Positions 18,966 to 32,987 of a stretch of DNA of 64,000 bases are shown piece by piece. Position numbers and translations under genes: made by a program. Where the stretch lies: NCBI RefSeq assembly GCF_000181795.1, contig NW_003526945.1, positions 3,233,513-3,297,512 of the forward strand. The letters run 5' to 3'. Under the pieces are notes generated by a model. It saw nothing but the letters and a program-made list of their open reading frames with translations. It was not told where the DNA came from and ran no database searches. The DNA is from Trichinella spiralis (lineage: Eukaryota). The stretch's first letter is position 1, and each line of letters begins with the position of its first letter.

Positions 18966-19487
18966 TATGTGGATTCAGCTTTGGCGAGGTCAATGCCAAG
19001 GCATTAGTAGTGATGAGAAGCAAAAAGAAAAAATAAAAATAGCAACAACAACAATAATAATAATAATAATTTCAGTTTTAATTAAGCTTAAGTGAAAGCT
19101 GCTTTGGTGGACTGTTTTGTTTACCGTGTAGGTAGGTGGTGGTGATGTGTTTGAAAGCGTTGTTGAAGCTTCTATTTTACCAGCTAGTTCCTCAGAGACG
19201 GGCGCCAGCTGTCGGCGGCGATCGACGACGACAACGACAACGAGCGGAAGGAAATTCGATAGGCGGCCGTGCTTTGCGTACGCCAGCCAGTTCCACTCTG
19301 CTCGGCTAGTGCTGCAAATGCTACTACTGGGGGCGATATTTTTCCACAACCACTCTCCAACGTGTTGCCCTCCCCCCTCCCCCCTCTCGTCCGGCCGGCG
19401 CGTTGCAGCAGTTGGCCCGTCAGAGGCGAATTCACCTGCTAACAATGCATGCAAATTTTCCTCACTCTTATCAGTGAAAGGTTCGCC

Positions 19488-19713
19488 ATGATTGATGCAC
19501 CTCACGCGCACGGCCCTCGTGAAGAACTGTTGTCAATATGGCCTGCAGAAGAGCCGTTGGCCGTCTCTTTGCATCCTCGCTGTCACAAAAATCACTTCAA
19601 ATCTGCATGGTACAATGGAACGTTGTTGGTCACCGTTGGTCGCTTGCTCAACAATTTTTTACTTCATCTCGGATTCGGCAGTGCCAGTGCAACGTTGGAC
19701 TACTGGACCAAAG
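19488..19713 (+). CDS. Candidate alternative first coding exon 1b of the PTP gene (MIDAPHAHGPREELLSIWP...LDYWTK)
   Basis: Open frame ending AAA G|GTATTT (phase 1), preceded by a GC-rich island at ~19130-19480. Confidence 0.5.
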
Positions 19714-22700
19714 GTATTTATATGATCAAATTGAACAACAGCTCATTTGTTCTCTTCTCCATCATCATTCGAATGTGTTGAATCGAAATTTTCTCCATCC
19801 ACGCTAGAAATCCATCCATAGTCGAACGTTTCCATTTTCCACACCTATAGAGTTGTATAGTTGGTGTATATACATGAAATCAATCGTGCAGATTGGTGTG
19901 CTGGTTGGCGGGGCGGTGAGGGTTGACTTTGAATCCATCCCACACCTTTGTCAATTGAAGAGGCGAAAAGTATGTGTGAACACACGCAATTTGTTGCTTG
20001 TTGTGACTTTTTTTTTGAATTATTATTTTGCTTTCTCAACGGTTTCGCGCTGCTGTTAGCGGGTATTTATTTGTCAAGGTTTATTCCACGTGTAGCTTTG
20101 CTCTTTTCCTCTTTCGGTTCACCAACATCAACAAGAACACTAGTGGAAAATATTTGCATAGAAAGTGTTGAAATAGCAACGATAAGGCCGCAAGTAGCAT
20201 TTATGTGTAGCGTATTATTATTATTATTGATAAAGATTTCATTTTTCCGCAATAGTGGTGATCTCTTTAAAGTGTCGTCGTCAACATTCAGTGTGAAACT
20301 TATGTGAAAGTAATGATAATGAAAATAAAAGGTGTGCCACCACGGTATCATAAAATGTCATAAAATAATTCCACCCACAAAAATAGTAGTTGTTGTGCTA
20401 ATACTGTTTTATTCTTTTTCTATTTTTCTTTTCTCTTTCGCAAATGCTTCTCACAAGCGTACAAACTTCTGCAGCACTGGGTGCATGATGATTATTTTCA
20501 GACTGACTCCATTGATGGACAGTTTCATTTTACCCGGATTTTACCTGGACACTTCAGCTATTTGTGGTGCCAGTGTTGTTATTTATTATTAATAACTTTT
20601 GAATTATTATTATTATTACTGAAAAAGTTTCAGAAGATGCGATCAATTGATTATTTGCTGAAAAATGACATGTCAGATGCAGGTGTTTGGAAAAGTGTAA
20701 TTTTGGTAAACTTTTCATTCACGAGGTGTTCAAAGTTGTTTTGTTCTTTCTCTCATATTTCTTCTCTTTTATGCTTGTATAATTTATGATCTGGATCAGT
20801 GATGCATTTTTTTAAAGTAGAGTAGAGAATTTGACAATATTTCAAACTTCACCTTCAATTTGGAACACTGAAATTATTTTGTGTTTTGTGAATGTTTGAT
20901 TTTTGAAAATATGGTTTGAATTATTTAAATTTTGTAATACAATATTCAGTTTTATTTTTCACTCAATTGCAGCGCACGATGATCATCGACCATTTCTTGT
21001 GTATGAGGAGGCGATGATTCATGAAGTACTTGCGTATTTTTATGTCTGGGATGTGAATTGTCTCTTGCTTGAGTTGCGTTTGACGTAGGCACACGCAAAC
21101 ACATACGGTCGCTTTCCTAAGCGATGGTTCCCTGTCGTGCTATTTTTCTTCACAGTGGAAGTGAATGTTAAAAGCGAGAGTGAAAAAAAAAGCAACACGC
21201 GCTGATGCGAACAACAAAATGTGCAACGGAAGAGTAAATTTCTGTTTCTATCAGAAACCATGAAATTCTTTTTATTTTTTCTTCTTTCCCCTCTCTCGCT
21301 CTCTCTGTGTTTTTTGTCTTTTTTTTCATTTTCAAGCAAAACTTTGTTGTTGCATATGCTTTTAGAAAAATGACAATGACAATGAAAATCTTGAAAGCAC
21401 AAGTTTTCTGGTTTGGGCTTTATTTGATTAGCTTGTTGCACAGTGGGCGATTGGACCATTGTTCTGTTGCATCACTGAGAGAGGGGAATGTTTGTTGAAA
21501 ATGAAAATTTCTGCTTTATGGTATTTTTCCAAATTGGCGAAATCAATTTCAGTACATAAAAACAAAATGCTTGTTGGGTTTCTTTTGGTTTTTGAACTAT
21601 ATATTTTATAAGCATGTATACATTTAATTGACTGATGTTTTTCCATCTTTTTAATGTTCCATGATGATGATTGAAGTAGTTCAAAATGTGGATATATCTA
21701 TTGGTCAGTCACCAACTATTTCGGATAATTGTTGATCACTTTCGTTCTTGCTCTGTGCAGATAATTTAAGCAAAAATTTTGCTTCTTTTTCACAGCTCTG
21801 ATGTGTTCCTAGACAACAACAATAAGCAACTAGCTTTATTCACACAATCAATATGTGTGTGTGTGTGTGTTGTTCTTGTTACCATTTTTAATTATCCAAC
21901 TCCGGATTTGTATTCTATCTAACAAGCATAATCTCCAGATATTTCTTTTGGGTATTTTGTATTTCAATGAACAAAAATTAAGCTACAATATAGAGATTTC
22001 TCTGTTCAAAAAAAAGGCATCAACTTTTCAGTCTTTAACTACAATAAACCACCACACGCCTCGTGCTTTGTGCTGTTCTACTGAATATTGCTTTCATAGC
22101 ACATTCAAATTGAAAATTTCTCTTTTAAAATTTTATCAATTAATTTTATAAAATCCATCCTGATTTTTGTGACATATTGTTGGTGAAATTGATTTGACAA
22201 TTCAATTATAAACTTTCAAACAGTTGTTTGAATTGCTTGTGTTGAACTTTAGCAAATATATATATATATATATATGTATATATAATTTTCCATTTGATGG
22301 AATTAAATGAACAATGTATTTAAAAAATGTCTTTTTTAACACTGAACTTAATTATTGTAAATTTCAAAAAGAAAAATACTACAATTGTGGAAAATAGCAA
22401 CTCAACTAATGTTGTTCGCTGAAAATTTGGCTATGGATTATAATAATAGAAGCAATCGTTTAGCCGATATTGGTGACGATCAGAGGTGCTTATTAATAGA
22501 TGTTGAAAACAATAGGCATTTTCAGTTCAAGCAGTGCCTTTTCAAGAAAGGAAATGTAAATAATTTAGCTATTGTGCCGTGTGTATTGTTCCTCGTGTAT
22601 GCGCGGAAAAAGTCGATTGATTTATTATATTTGCTCTTCTGAAAACGGTGTTTTCTCTGCTTGCTTAACTTTTTCCATACGGAAGCTCATTTTTCCCATT

Positions 22701-24587
22701 GCACTTTTAAGATTGATGCAATTTCAATATTGTGTTTACATGCACTGTTTTGCAACTATATTTGACAAAGTATCATGTGAAAATTGCTCGAAATAAAATT
22801 CACCTCCAATCATTAGCAAGACAATTTAAGCTAACAACACATCAGGTTGAATTTCGATTGGTTGAGAAGAATGGTTCATCTTTTTCTTGATAGTAATATT
22901 ATTTTGTCCTCTTTTGGATTAAGATCTTCAACGATTTTGGATAAAGAGATCCATCTTTACTTCGCATGTTTTGCGTTCATTTTCCATTTCTCACATCATT
23001 TCCACTCCACTTATTGTGCTTGTTATTTATTGATTGCTTCATTTTAAGCCCTCTCGACCCATCTTTAAAGACGGCTAGCATGCTAACAATGATACTCTTG
23101 AATTTGCAACGTTACAAATTCTATTCCATCTGAAGAAGTGTAGACAACAAGATTTCATATTTTGTTTCAATTTCTTGTTATAAAAATACATTATACTAGT
23201 GAAAAAGTTTATTTTTTGAAAAAAAAATTAAAAATAGAAAGCATGTGCAACATTATGAAAGGGCAAAATGATGAACAGTTTTCTTTAATCGGTGATTGAA
23301 GCTAAGTAACAATTCAACTTTTGAAAGGTCTAAATAGGGAATGCTGATGCTTTTGTTCATCATCATCATCATCATCCTAATCAGTTGATTGGGTAGGAAA
23401 TGGTTTGAAGCCGAATCGATTTTTATTGTTCATTTTGCACTTTGTGGAAACGTCCACGATTATTGTTCTCTTTTCATTGAAAAGTAAATCGCTTTAATTC
23501 TTCGAGTTGTTTTAATTATGAAAAATTTGTTCTATCCATGAAAGCTCTATCGGGATGTGCAACTATCAGGACTGAATAGATTCGACTTACTTAATTAATA
23601 ATGGACTTTCTCGAAGTTCTAGGTTTAAAACTTTCGTTTTCCGTTCTTCATGAGTAATTGTCATTCAGAGAAGTTTAATGCAACATTATGATTGTGCTGC
23701 CGTCGCTACTGCTGTGCTGGTGGTGGTATTGATTCTTTTTTCATTTTTTGAAACAAATACAACAAAATTGAAATTAGCTGAAATTCTTCTTTGCTGACAG
23801 AATCAAAAAATTTTCACATAAAAATCCAATAAATAAATGTTGTTTCATTTTCTTTTTTTTTAATTTTTATAAAAGTTTGAGTTGGAAAGCATATTTTCCA
23901 AAATAAAAAAAATTAAATCCAATTCATAATCATCTGATGAGTAGAGGAAAGTTTCGATTCGATATTATCGTGTTGCATTATTGGCACAGTAACAGTTTCT
24001 GTAACTTTTCTCATTTATTATAAAGAAAATATTGACTTGCTAAAAGGAGGGATGTGTTGATGCTAAATTTTCCAAAGACAAAGGTGAACGTTTTCTTTAT
24101 CTCTTAACAAGCAACAGCCGGGAACACAGTGGCAGTAGATGAAAATCGAATGCGCACACAAACACACCTATAGATTCGCATATATATATATATAATGTGC
24201 AGCTAGCTAGCTGACTTGCTGCTTCTGCTGCTGCTGTTGCTGTTGCAACTGCTGCTACTGCTGCAACTGCTGCTGTCATTTTAGCCAATAGATAGGGACT
24301 GCTGTGCATGCGCTGCAGTTCTGTCAATCACTTGAATAATTGAGTTGGCGATGCAATTTTCTTTCTTATTTCTTTTCGTTATTTGTTTCAAATTGTCATT
24401 GCACCTTGAATACAACAAGCTCTCATCATTTGTTCATTGTGGATTACACACCACCAGTCATCTTTCTCCAATTTTCTTCCCCTTTGTCAATACTGGCAAT
24501 AATCACGATCTCAAAAGTTTTCAGAAAAAAATTTTTTTTCTGTTCATTTACCTGCTATTTTCATCATTTACATGGCTTTTGCTGATT

Positions 24588-24648
24588 GAATTCAATTCAA
24601 CTCAATTCAATTCATTTCATTTCAATTCACTTCAGTTCAATTCAATTT
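24588..24648. repeat. Imperfect (TTCAA)n microsatellite
   Basis: Directly visible. Confidence 0.85.
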
Positions 24649-25872
24649 ATTATTCAAATTACATTGAATCGCAGGAATATTATTAAAAAACAACTTTTGT
24701 TTTCTATTCAGTCTTTGCTTAATACATTTCTGCATGATTTTACACGTAAAATTAATTGATTAATTCTTCTTTTCTGTTGTTCAAATATGAAAACATCTCA
24801 TCCTGGCTAAACTTATCTCCTGTATGGTTATGTTAATTTTGATTATTTCCAATTTTTGCCTCAATTTACTCATGCTTGTTATTACGTCAAGAAAGTTTTA
24901 ATAATCACACAAATTCACATTCATTTCCATTTTTCTTCGTCAATCTAATTATAAATCAAATTCAATATTCCAACAAACGTCAGAAAGGTGTGTTCTCAAC
25001 CGCACATAAATAAGCTGTGCTCTTCTTTTTCATTAGATATTTCAACGAATATTTATTTATGAAAAGAATATTACAAAAGGCAACCGCACATTTGGTCAGT
25101 TATTTCAGAACAAAAGTTGAAAGTTTGTTTAATTCAAAGTGGAAAGATTTAGAGAGTGATTATTGGACACCGCTTTAGATTTCGATGTAGAGCACTGCCT
25201 CATATTATGAGCTAAATTATGGATAACCGACTTTGCATATTTATCTCAGTACACTATTGAACGCCCCAGAGTCCATCACGCCGTTGGCAAATTGCTACCA
25301 GAAAGAATAAGGAAGGATTCGAATTGTAATTATTGTCTATGTGTTTCAAAGGTGTCAATGCAGCAACGATAGGTTTGCCTAAAAATAATTAATGTGACAC
25401 GCAGAACAATGAGTACATTGATATTCTCCTGGATGCAGGTTGATGCAGAAATGATCTACTGCAAGTCACACATTTGCTTTGTTCAATTTATTGTCCAATT
25501 TTAATATATATATATATTACCAAATCTTGCCTGCGCAAGTCAGGCAAAAATCAAGATGAAACTACTTTGTGATTTTGGTTTTTCAAGCCGCTGCCGTTGT
25601 TCCGTGGTTCTCGGCTTGGCAAAAAGCTAGTGTTGTGTTTGTGTGTGTGAGAGAGAGAGTATGTATGTGTAGGTAGAGTTGCTTTGCTTTGTCAGGCAGG
25701 ATTGAAAGCCAACTGCCCAATGCTTCACGTTTGTCTGCTGCGATGGTGTTCTTGCAAGCGGCTTTTTGGCGAAGAGGTAAAAGGCGCATTGATCATTGCT
25801 AGCACTGACAAAGCTTTCACATTTGTTTCGGCAGCCATTTTTGCCCGATTAATGATCTGCAAGCAGCCAAGC

Positions 25873-25930
25873 ATGCCTTTGTTGGACTTTTTTAAGAGCA
25901 ATGTCAAAAATTTGCAGCTTGTCAGTCAAG
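25873..25930 (+). CDS. Candidate alternative first coding exon 1c of the PTP gene (MPLLDFFKSNVKNLQLVSQ)
   Basis: ATG-led frame ending CAA G|GTAAGC (strong donor, phase 1); joins to give ...VSQ-V-QEEKAMGAVP. Confidence 0.65.
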
Positions 25931-27873
25931 GTAAGCTTCTTCATTGATTAGCCCTTTTGTTTCTTGTTTGTTTGTTTCTTTTTTAATAATAAATGTTTAT
26001 GTGGGAGAAAAATGACAAATGAACAACAACACCAAGTCAGAAAAAGAAGCATTCGTTGCGTTCTTTTGAAACTTTTTTGATGCTAATCATAAATTCCTTT
26101 TCCTCTGACAGTTCATATAATTTCTTTGGACTATTTTTGAACATCTCCTGAAACTACTTTGTATGGTTGTGTTATTTACAAGCGAATTTTGTTCCACTGT
26201 TCTGTTGCATTTGCTGATGACATCTGTTATTCATCATAGACAAAAACTGAGGTCCATTTATTCTTCAATTAATTCAACGGTGGATTAATGCGCAAAGAAT
26301 TATTGATAACGGATTGAAGTCATAGCACTGATCTGTATATGTAGAGCTCTCTGTCAGCGTGCTTATCACTAGCGATACCTTTTTTTCTTCCACAAAAAGG
26401 CTTTGTACTTTTTAAATTCTATATTTTCAATATATTTCTTCTTTTATTGAGGTAAATTTGCAAAGACTTTGTCTTTAACAAAGATAAGAACGATGAAAAT
26501 TAATTTGCGACAGTTGGGCATTAAATTGAAAAGGAAAACGATATTTTGCTGTACAGTAATTTGATTTCATTGTTGTTAGAGCTATTTCATTACATGATAT
26601 GATAAATATGGAATGAAAATTCAACTGCATCTTTGTTGCATTAGATAAAAAGTTGAACAACTCTGTTTTCAAGCAACAGTTTTCACAGCAAGCTTCAAGC
26701 CATTTCAATCGAATTTTACGTAAAATCAAGAAAGATCCCTACTGTTTTTGTGGTTGAATAAATATAGAAAAATAATTTTCAGTTCAAGAAAAACATATTC
26801 ACATGTAAAATATTTCACCTGTTCATCTTTTTTCTCTGTTGCACTTTAAATTTTCTATGCTTAAACATAAAAAAGCATTGCCATCTGTCAGTGGGATGTA
26901 AAACCTGAATCATTCACTTGTGGCTGGCTACACGCGTACCGTAAAGTAACTTGTGTTGTATATTGTTTTTTGCCGGCACGTTTATTGCCCTTGACTTCAA
27001 GATATATTTATGTTCCTGTATTATTTTTTCACAAGCTCTTTAATTTTATTGAAATCTATCTCTCTTTCAGTTTTTAACTGAATCAAATTGCTTGAGATGC
27101 CGATAAAGTTGTTCGTATTTTTTCCTTTTTCAGTTTTTATGTATTTGACATATCCTTTCTTCATTCAGTGAATATTTCATAGTTAATGTTCAAATTTTTT
27201 AATTGGAACAACATGAATTTAATAACGCAATCCATTAGCAAAAAGGCAAATCAACTGTTTTGCTGATTTTCAAAATTTCACACGACTGTGCGTAATATTA
27301 TATCTTGATTAGCGTATTTCTTCGTATAGTGATAAGTAGGTTCAATAATTTTCAACTCTTGATCGGCTTCACTCTAAACTCGCCTATTGCTTGTTTCTGT
27401 GAATGTCTTGTATAAACCGTTGCCTGTTTAATGCACTTATCTTAACGTTATACAGTGATTAACTGTTACTGAATAATATATACATTGCAGTTGGAAAATT
27501 TTGCAACTATATGAATACATTTATGTGAAGCATACGTTTGTTGGTTTTTTTTAAATATTAATTTCATCTAAATGCAGATTTGTTTCAAAACCAAACAGGA
27601 AATGTGCTCTGTCAAATAAAGAGCAAATCATAATTCTGTAATCATGCACGGAAATCTAATCTTCGAAATGAGTTACTAAATTGCACTTTCTGATATATAT
27701 ATATATATATTTGTTTGTTGAACATTTGTTTTACTGCTGCACTGTTTGTAAAACTGAAAAGACCATGTGGCAAATCATTGAAAATTAATCGATGGATTCT
27801 AATGGAGTAGAATAATCAGTAGTCATTTTTATTATTGAACACTTTTGATATTACTGTTTCATTCGACTTTTAG

Positions 27874-30800
27874 TGCAAGAAGAGAAGGCTATGGGCGCTG
27901 TCCCCCAATGTCCAATTGAGACGTCCAAATTCCTAGCATTTGTGCAAGAACGCAAAAGAAAACGACTTCTTTTTAAAGGGGAACTGATGGTAAATACACT
28001 TCTTTGTTTTTCTTTCATCTTGGAAACAAACTTAGGTATCACAAACCTGTGTTATATCCAGTAATTTATACTTAAAACAGTAATTTATTCAAACTGCTTC
28101 ATTGCATTATAACAACAGCAGTTAGAATTTTTGGAAGTTTTTTGCTCACTTTTGCAGCATTTTTGCATTTTGCCTTATAATTTGCTTTCTGTTAAAGTGT
28201 GAATTTTTGTACGTTTTATGCAGTGCGTGCTTAGCATGTAAAAAATACATCCATTTGATACTTGGATTTCTAGGCAATTTATTTCAGTATTTTAGAAATT
28301 TATAGTTTATTAATTTTACAACGTTTAAGTAAATACAAGAATATTCAATACGAATAAGCAGACGTGTGTTGAAGGTTCTTTCAACTATTGAAACTTGTAG
28401 TGATTGTGCACACATCCGTTATTTTAGATGCTGAAACAGATAGTGGAAAATCACAAGTCAGAGTATGGTTATTTAAACTTGAAGAAGAACAATTATCCTG
28501 ATGTCCTGCCTTTTGATTACAATCGGGTAATTTTGAAACCAATTCCAAATGAACCAAATTCGCATTATATAAATGCCAGTTATGTTGACGTGAGTTCGTT
28601 GCGCATATATTTTTTTCCGAATACAAATTTATATCTGTGAACGTTTTAGAGCTTTTTCCAACCCAAAGCCTTCATAATTACGCAGGCGATGAAAACGAAA
28701 CCAGCCTGTGTTGATTTTTGGAGAATGGTCTGGGAAACGAACGCAGAAATTGTGGTGATGCTGACCAAAGTTTTCGACTTCATGAAAGTCAGTTCGGCTG
28801 TCGTCAGTTGAACGTCAGAGGTAATTATAATTTGAAATGTTTATTTAGGTTATGTGCTTGCAATACTGGCCTTTGACAAAATTTGATTATGGCGATATTA
28901 CTGTTGAAACTGTTGAGGCGAAAACTTATGCCTACTTTACCCTCCGATGCTTCAGAGTTAGTCGGGTAATTTTAAAATTTCAAACCTTCATTTATCATAT
29001 GACAACTTGCTTAATCAGTCCAAGCATAGCGAACAATGTTGTTGCATTAGTATGAAAAAGAAAAAGCAATCATTTCAGGTTGAGAATGGTTCTACAATAA
29101 TTAGACAGGTTCGTCATTTTCATTTTACTGAATGGGAGGTGAACAGTTTGCCTTACATAAGCGCATTATTGGATTTTCGGCGCCGTGTGCACAATGCCGT
29201 CAAACGCTGCCCAAATAATGTGCCCATGATTGTTCACTGCAGCAACGGAGGTGGCCGCAGTGGCGTTTTTTTAGCCATTTATGCCAACCTTGATCTTGCC
29301 GAAGCGGAAAATGTGATTGATGTGTATGGATATTGTCAGACTCTTCTAAATGCCAGGCAGAGTGCACTTGAAAATTTGGTACTACTGATTTGTATATTTA
29401 ATTATTTGATTTGTTAATTTGCCACTTTAATTGACAGGATCAGTACGTTTTTATATATGAAACTTTGGCGGAAGCCGTCCAATGCAATATAAATCCTTTA
29501 ACATTAGAAGAACTTCGGCATCGTACGACAATGTACACTACAAAACAAAGTCGTCAAGCCTTGGAAGCGATATATAGCCAAGAGTATAAAGTATTTGTCT
29601 TATTTATTTTTGTTGCAGCTGTTAGCGATTATTATTAATTAGCATGGCAACTCATACAGTTGGATACGATTTTACCAAACTGATCTGGTCTAATTATTAT
29701 AATTGTAATAATAATAAAGTATTTGTAATCTTAATGCTATAAGAATAGCAGTACGTATTCAAAGTTTATTGCGTGTCTGTTCAATGTTAATGTGTCATAT
29801 TATTTTTTTCAATTGATTTTACTGATCGAATGTGATGTAAAGCGTGTACAGAAAATGTTTTTTAATGTTTTTTTTAATTTATTAATTTATGAAAGAAAAT
29901 TGTTACTTTAGTTCTCACAGTTTTTGTAAATTTACAGTTCCTTACTCAACTTACCCCTGCCTTACGTATTGGCGACTGTGCCGGTGGTCATCGGTTGGAA
30001 AATCGTGGGAAAAACCGCGACGTAATGGTTGTGCCGCGTACGATCTGTTCAATGTTTAATTTAATTCATTTCTTGTAAAATATACATTTTTTTGCAGCAG
30101 ACAATTCACGTCCCTACCTCAATACCCTCCACGGGGAAAGTAAAGACTATACGTATATAAATGCCGTGTATGTTGACGTAAGTTTTCTTTTTCGTAATGT
30201 TATATTGTAGAGTGAATAATTGTGTAGAGTATTTTAGATTTTGATCTATATTTAAAATTGATAGAAATTCAAATGAAAATTCGTTTGCTTAGAAATAAAG
30301 TATGGAAACGTTTAAAAGTTATACATTACGATTATTTTGCGGTGCAGTCTTTTTGCGTATTTGTTCAAAGTATCTAAAATTACAATAAATCATTTTTTAT
30401 GAGTAGTGAAAATTGAAATAATGCGAATAATGATAAATTGGTTTACCAGCTTTTGTTACGCTGTAAATTATTATCATGTAACATTCCTTTGATTGTGTAT
30501 GTCATTTTATTACTTTGTAATCGCTTGCTTTTTATTCAAATGGTCTACTAGTCTTAAGTTTACGTATTTGCATATTTTTCACCAATACTATTTTTCTTAC
30601 AATAATATACTCTGAGCTATAAATTGAACTTCTGTTCAACAAACTTTATTATTTATATTATGAAGGAATATTTTATGCTTTTTTTAGGAATTAACTTTCA
30701 CAGTGCTTTTTTTTAATTTATCAAGTAAAACTGAATATTTTACTAGGTATCACTTTCAGAACAATCAGGGGCATTGTAGCCAATTGTGATGGAAATTTAA

Positions 30801-32625
30801 TGACAGTTTTACGGTACAATATACAAATTAATTTCATTGATAATTTTTCATTAATATTAACAGATTCGTTTAGTGGAAAAGGTTATATTACATTCATTAT
30901 ATTATATTATATTATATTATATTATATTATATTATATTATATTATATTATACTATATATATTATTAATATTAAGAGAGATGATGATGATGCAGTTTTTCA
31001 ATTTTGTGTGCTTAGCAGAATTCCCACTCTTAAATTTGTTGATTATTATTTTGATGTCGATGATGGAACAAACATTTGCAATTTCAGAGAAAATGCAGTA
31101 TAATAATTAGGATTATTCAGTTAATTTGAAGCAGTTTTTAGTTAGGAAGGAGAGGCTTATTTAAAATTTTCTTTTAGGGGTTTAGAAGAAAAAATGAATG
31201 GATTGTTACAGAGTGGCCAAAACATCACACCATTGACAGTTTCTGGGCTTTGGTGTTTGATCACAGTTGTCATACAGTTGTAAATTTATCAAATGATGAA
31301 AACTCAAAAGTGAAAATGAACTGTTCATCACTTTTTTAAATGGAATTGTTGTATAATGCCTTTTTTTGGTTTTAAAGGCTTATCCTCGTTTTATACATTC
31401 ACGTGGGCGTCAATCGTATGGTCCTTTTATTGTTGACGTACTCAGTTCTCAGCAATATCCATATGCTACGTCACATATTGTAAAAGTTGTGAAAAAAGTA
31501 TGCATTTTCTTTTTTAACTGTCATTCTTTATTCATCTTTTTCATATCATATTGCTGTTGTTTTGTGACATGAGCTCTGTATTTGCTATTCTATGTTTCTG
31601 TTGTCAACAGAAGTGGAGCTTGTTTACTTTTATGTGTAAATTGCTTTGCTTTGCTTTGTGCTTTGATGTGAATTTTTCTACAGAAAGTTTTCGATATACC
31701 TGGAAGAAAAAAGTCGAAGCGTAGCGAACGTAATGAAAAGAAATTAACAGATCAACTGGATTCATTGGTATACAGTCGAATTTATTTTTTTTTTTGCTTA
31801 TCAGGAGGCCGTTTTGTATTCTTAGTCAAAATTTCTAGTTTTAAACGTAAATTGTTTGCCGGCATGTGCGTTCAACGCTTTGTATTTGCACGAACTTAAA
31901 CAGGGATTCGAAATCACGCTTACCATGTGCTTGCCATTTTATATACATAATGACATTTGTATAGGCTTCCATTTTGTCTGAACTAATGGTCAACAACAAA
32001 GGAGGCATTCAGGAAGTTGACGCTAGAATATGCAACGTCATTTCTGTGCGCATATGGCCAATTCAGCATCGCGTACCGCTTTCCACTGTCGGTTTGATTG
32101 ATGTTATCAAAATGGCTCGATGTTGGCGTAAGCGAGCCCCTGATCGGCCGGAGACAAAGCCGACTGTAGTCATCTCACAGTAGATGTTTCATTTTGAAAT
32201 ACATTTCGCTTTATTATTTTTTATTTCATTCTATCAGAATGTTTTATCAATAGCAATGGCGTAAGTCGAGTCGGTATCTACGTAGCAATTAACCTGCTCA
32301 TAGACCAAATGGACGTGGAACAAGAAGTTGACGTTTTTCACGCTGCAAAAATTGTTCGTCTTAACAGACCCCAGTTATTTGATCATAAGGTTTCACTTTA
32401 TATTATTTAAAATAAAATTTCATTAATTATTCCCTTAATTATGATGTTTTCATTTGTTTTCTATATATTATTTTTTGAATCTTATCTTATCTTATCTTAT
32501 TATTGTTGTTTTAGGAAGAATACAAGTATCTGAATGATCTGTTAATTCATTATTATATGACCAGTCCGGAGTATCATAGTACCAAAAGCGCAGAATCTCC
32601 TTGTTTGCTCGTCAATCATTCTTGA
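27874..32625 (+). CDS. Tandem-domain protein tyrosine phosphatase without extracellular or TM region (reminiscent of arthropod Ptp36E-type); shared exons 2 to last
   Basis: About 13-14 exons join in frame. D1: KNNYPDVLPFDYNRV, YINASYVD, DFWRMVWE, CLQYWP, IVHCSNGGGRSG, DQYVFIYE. D2: ENRGKNRD, YINAVYVDGF, WP, VISHNGVSRVG, VDVFHAAKIVRLNRPQL. Stop TGA at 32623-32625. Confidence 0.92.
30897..30955. repeat. (ATATT)n microsatellite in a PTP intron
   Basis: Directly visible. Confidence 0.95.
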
Positions 32626-32987
32626 AACTGTTTTCAGCTAAGCTGATCAGATGGGATAAGTGAATGTTATTATTATTATTCTAAAATAAAATTTGTATAG
32701 GAGATGCTGTGCTTTTACCTATGCATTACATTTTCATAGCAATGGGATTTGTTGCTTAAAATTTTTTTTCAAATAATATCTCATTTTGACAGTATTTGTT
32801 CAGTTTCCTTTTTATTTCCATACTGAGAATGGCAATTTTTAAAATGAAAGGTAAACTGAATTGCTTCAATGTCAATTTCGCGTTTAGTGTAGAAATCTCT
32901 CATTTGTGTCAGCATTGAATGTCCAGAGGAAGTTCTACCTTATCGAGATTTTCCATAAAATCTGGACAACTTTCCTATGTATTTTAG

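Noticed and set aside
18990..19511. 173-aa minus-strand ORF and overlapping plus-strand ORFs
   Set aside because: Low-complexity by-products of a GC island and microsatellites upstream of exon 1b.
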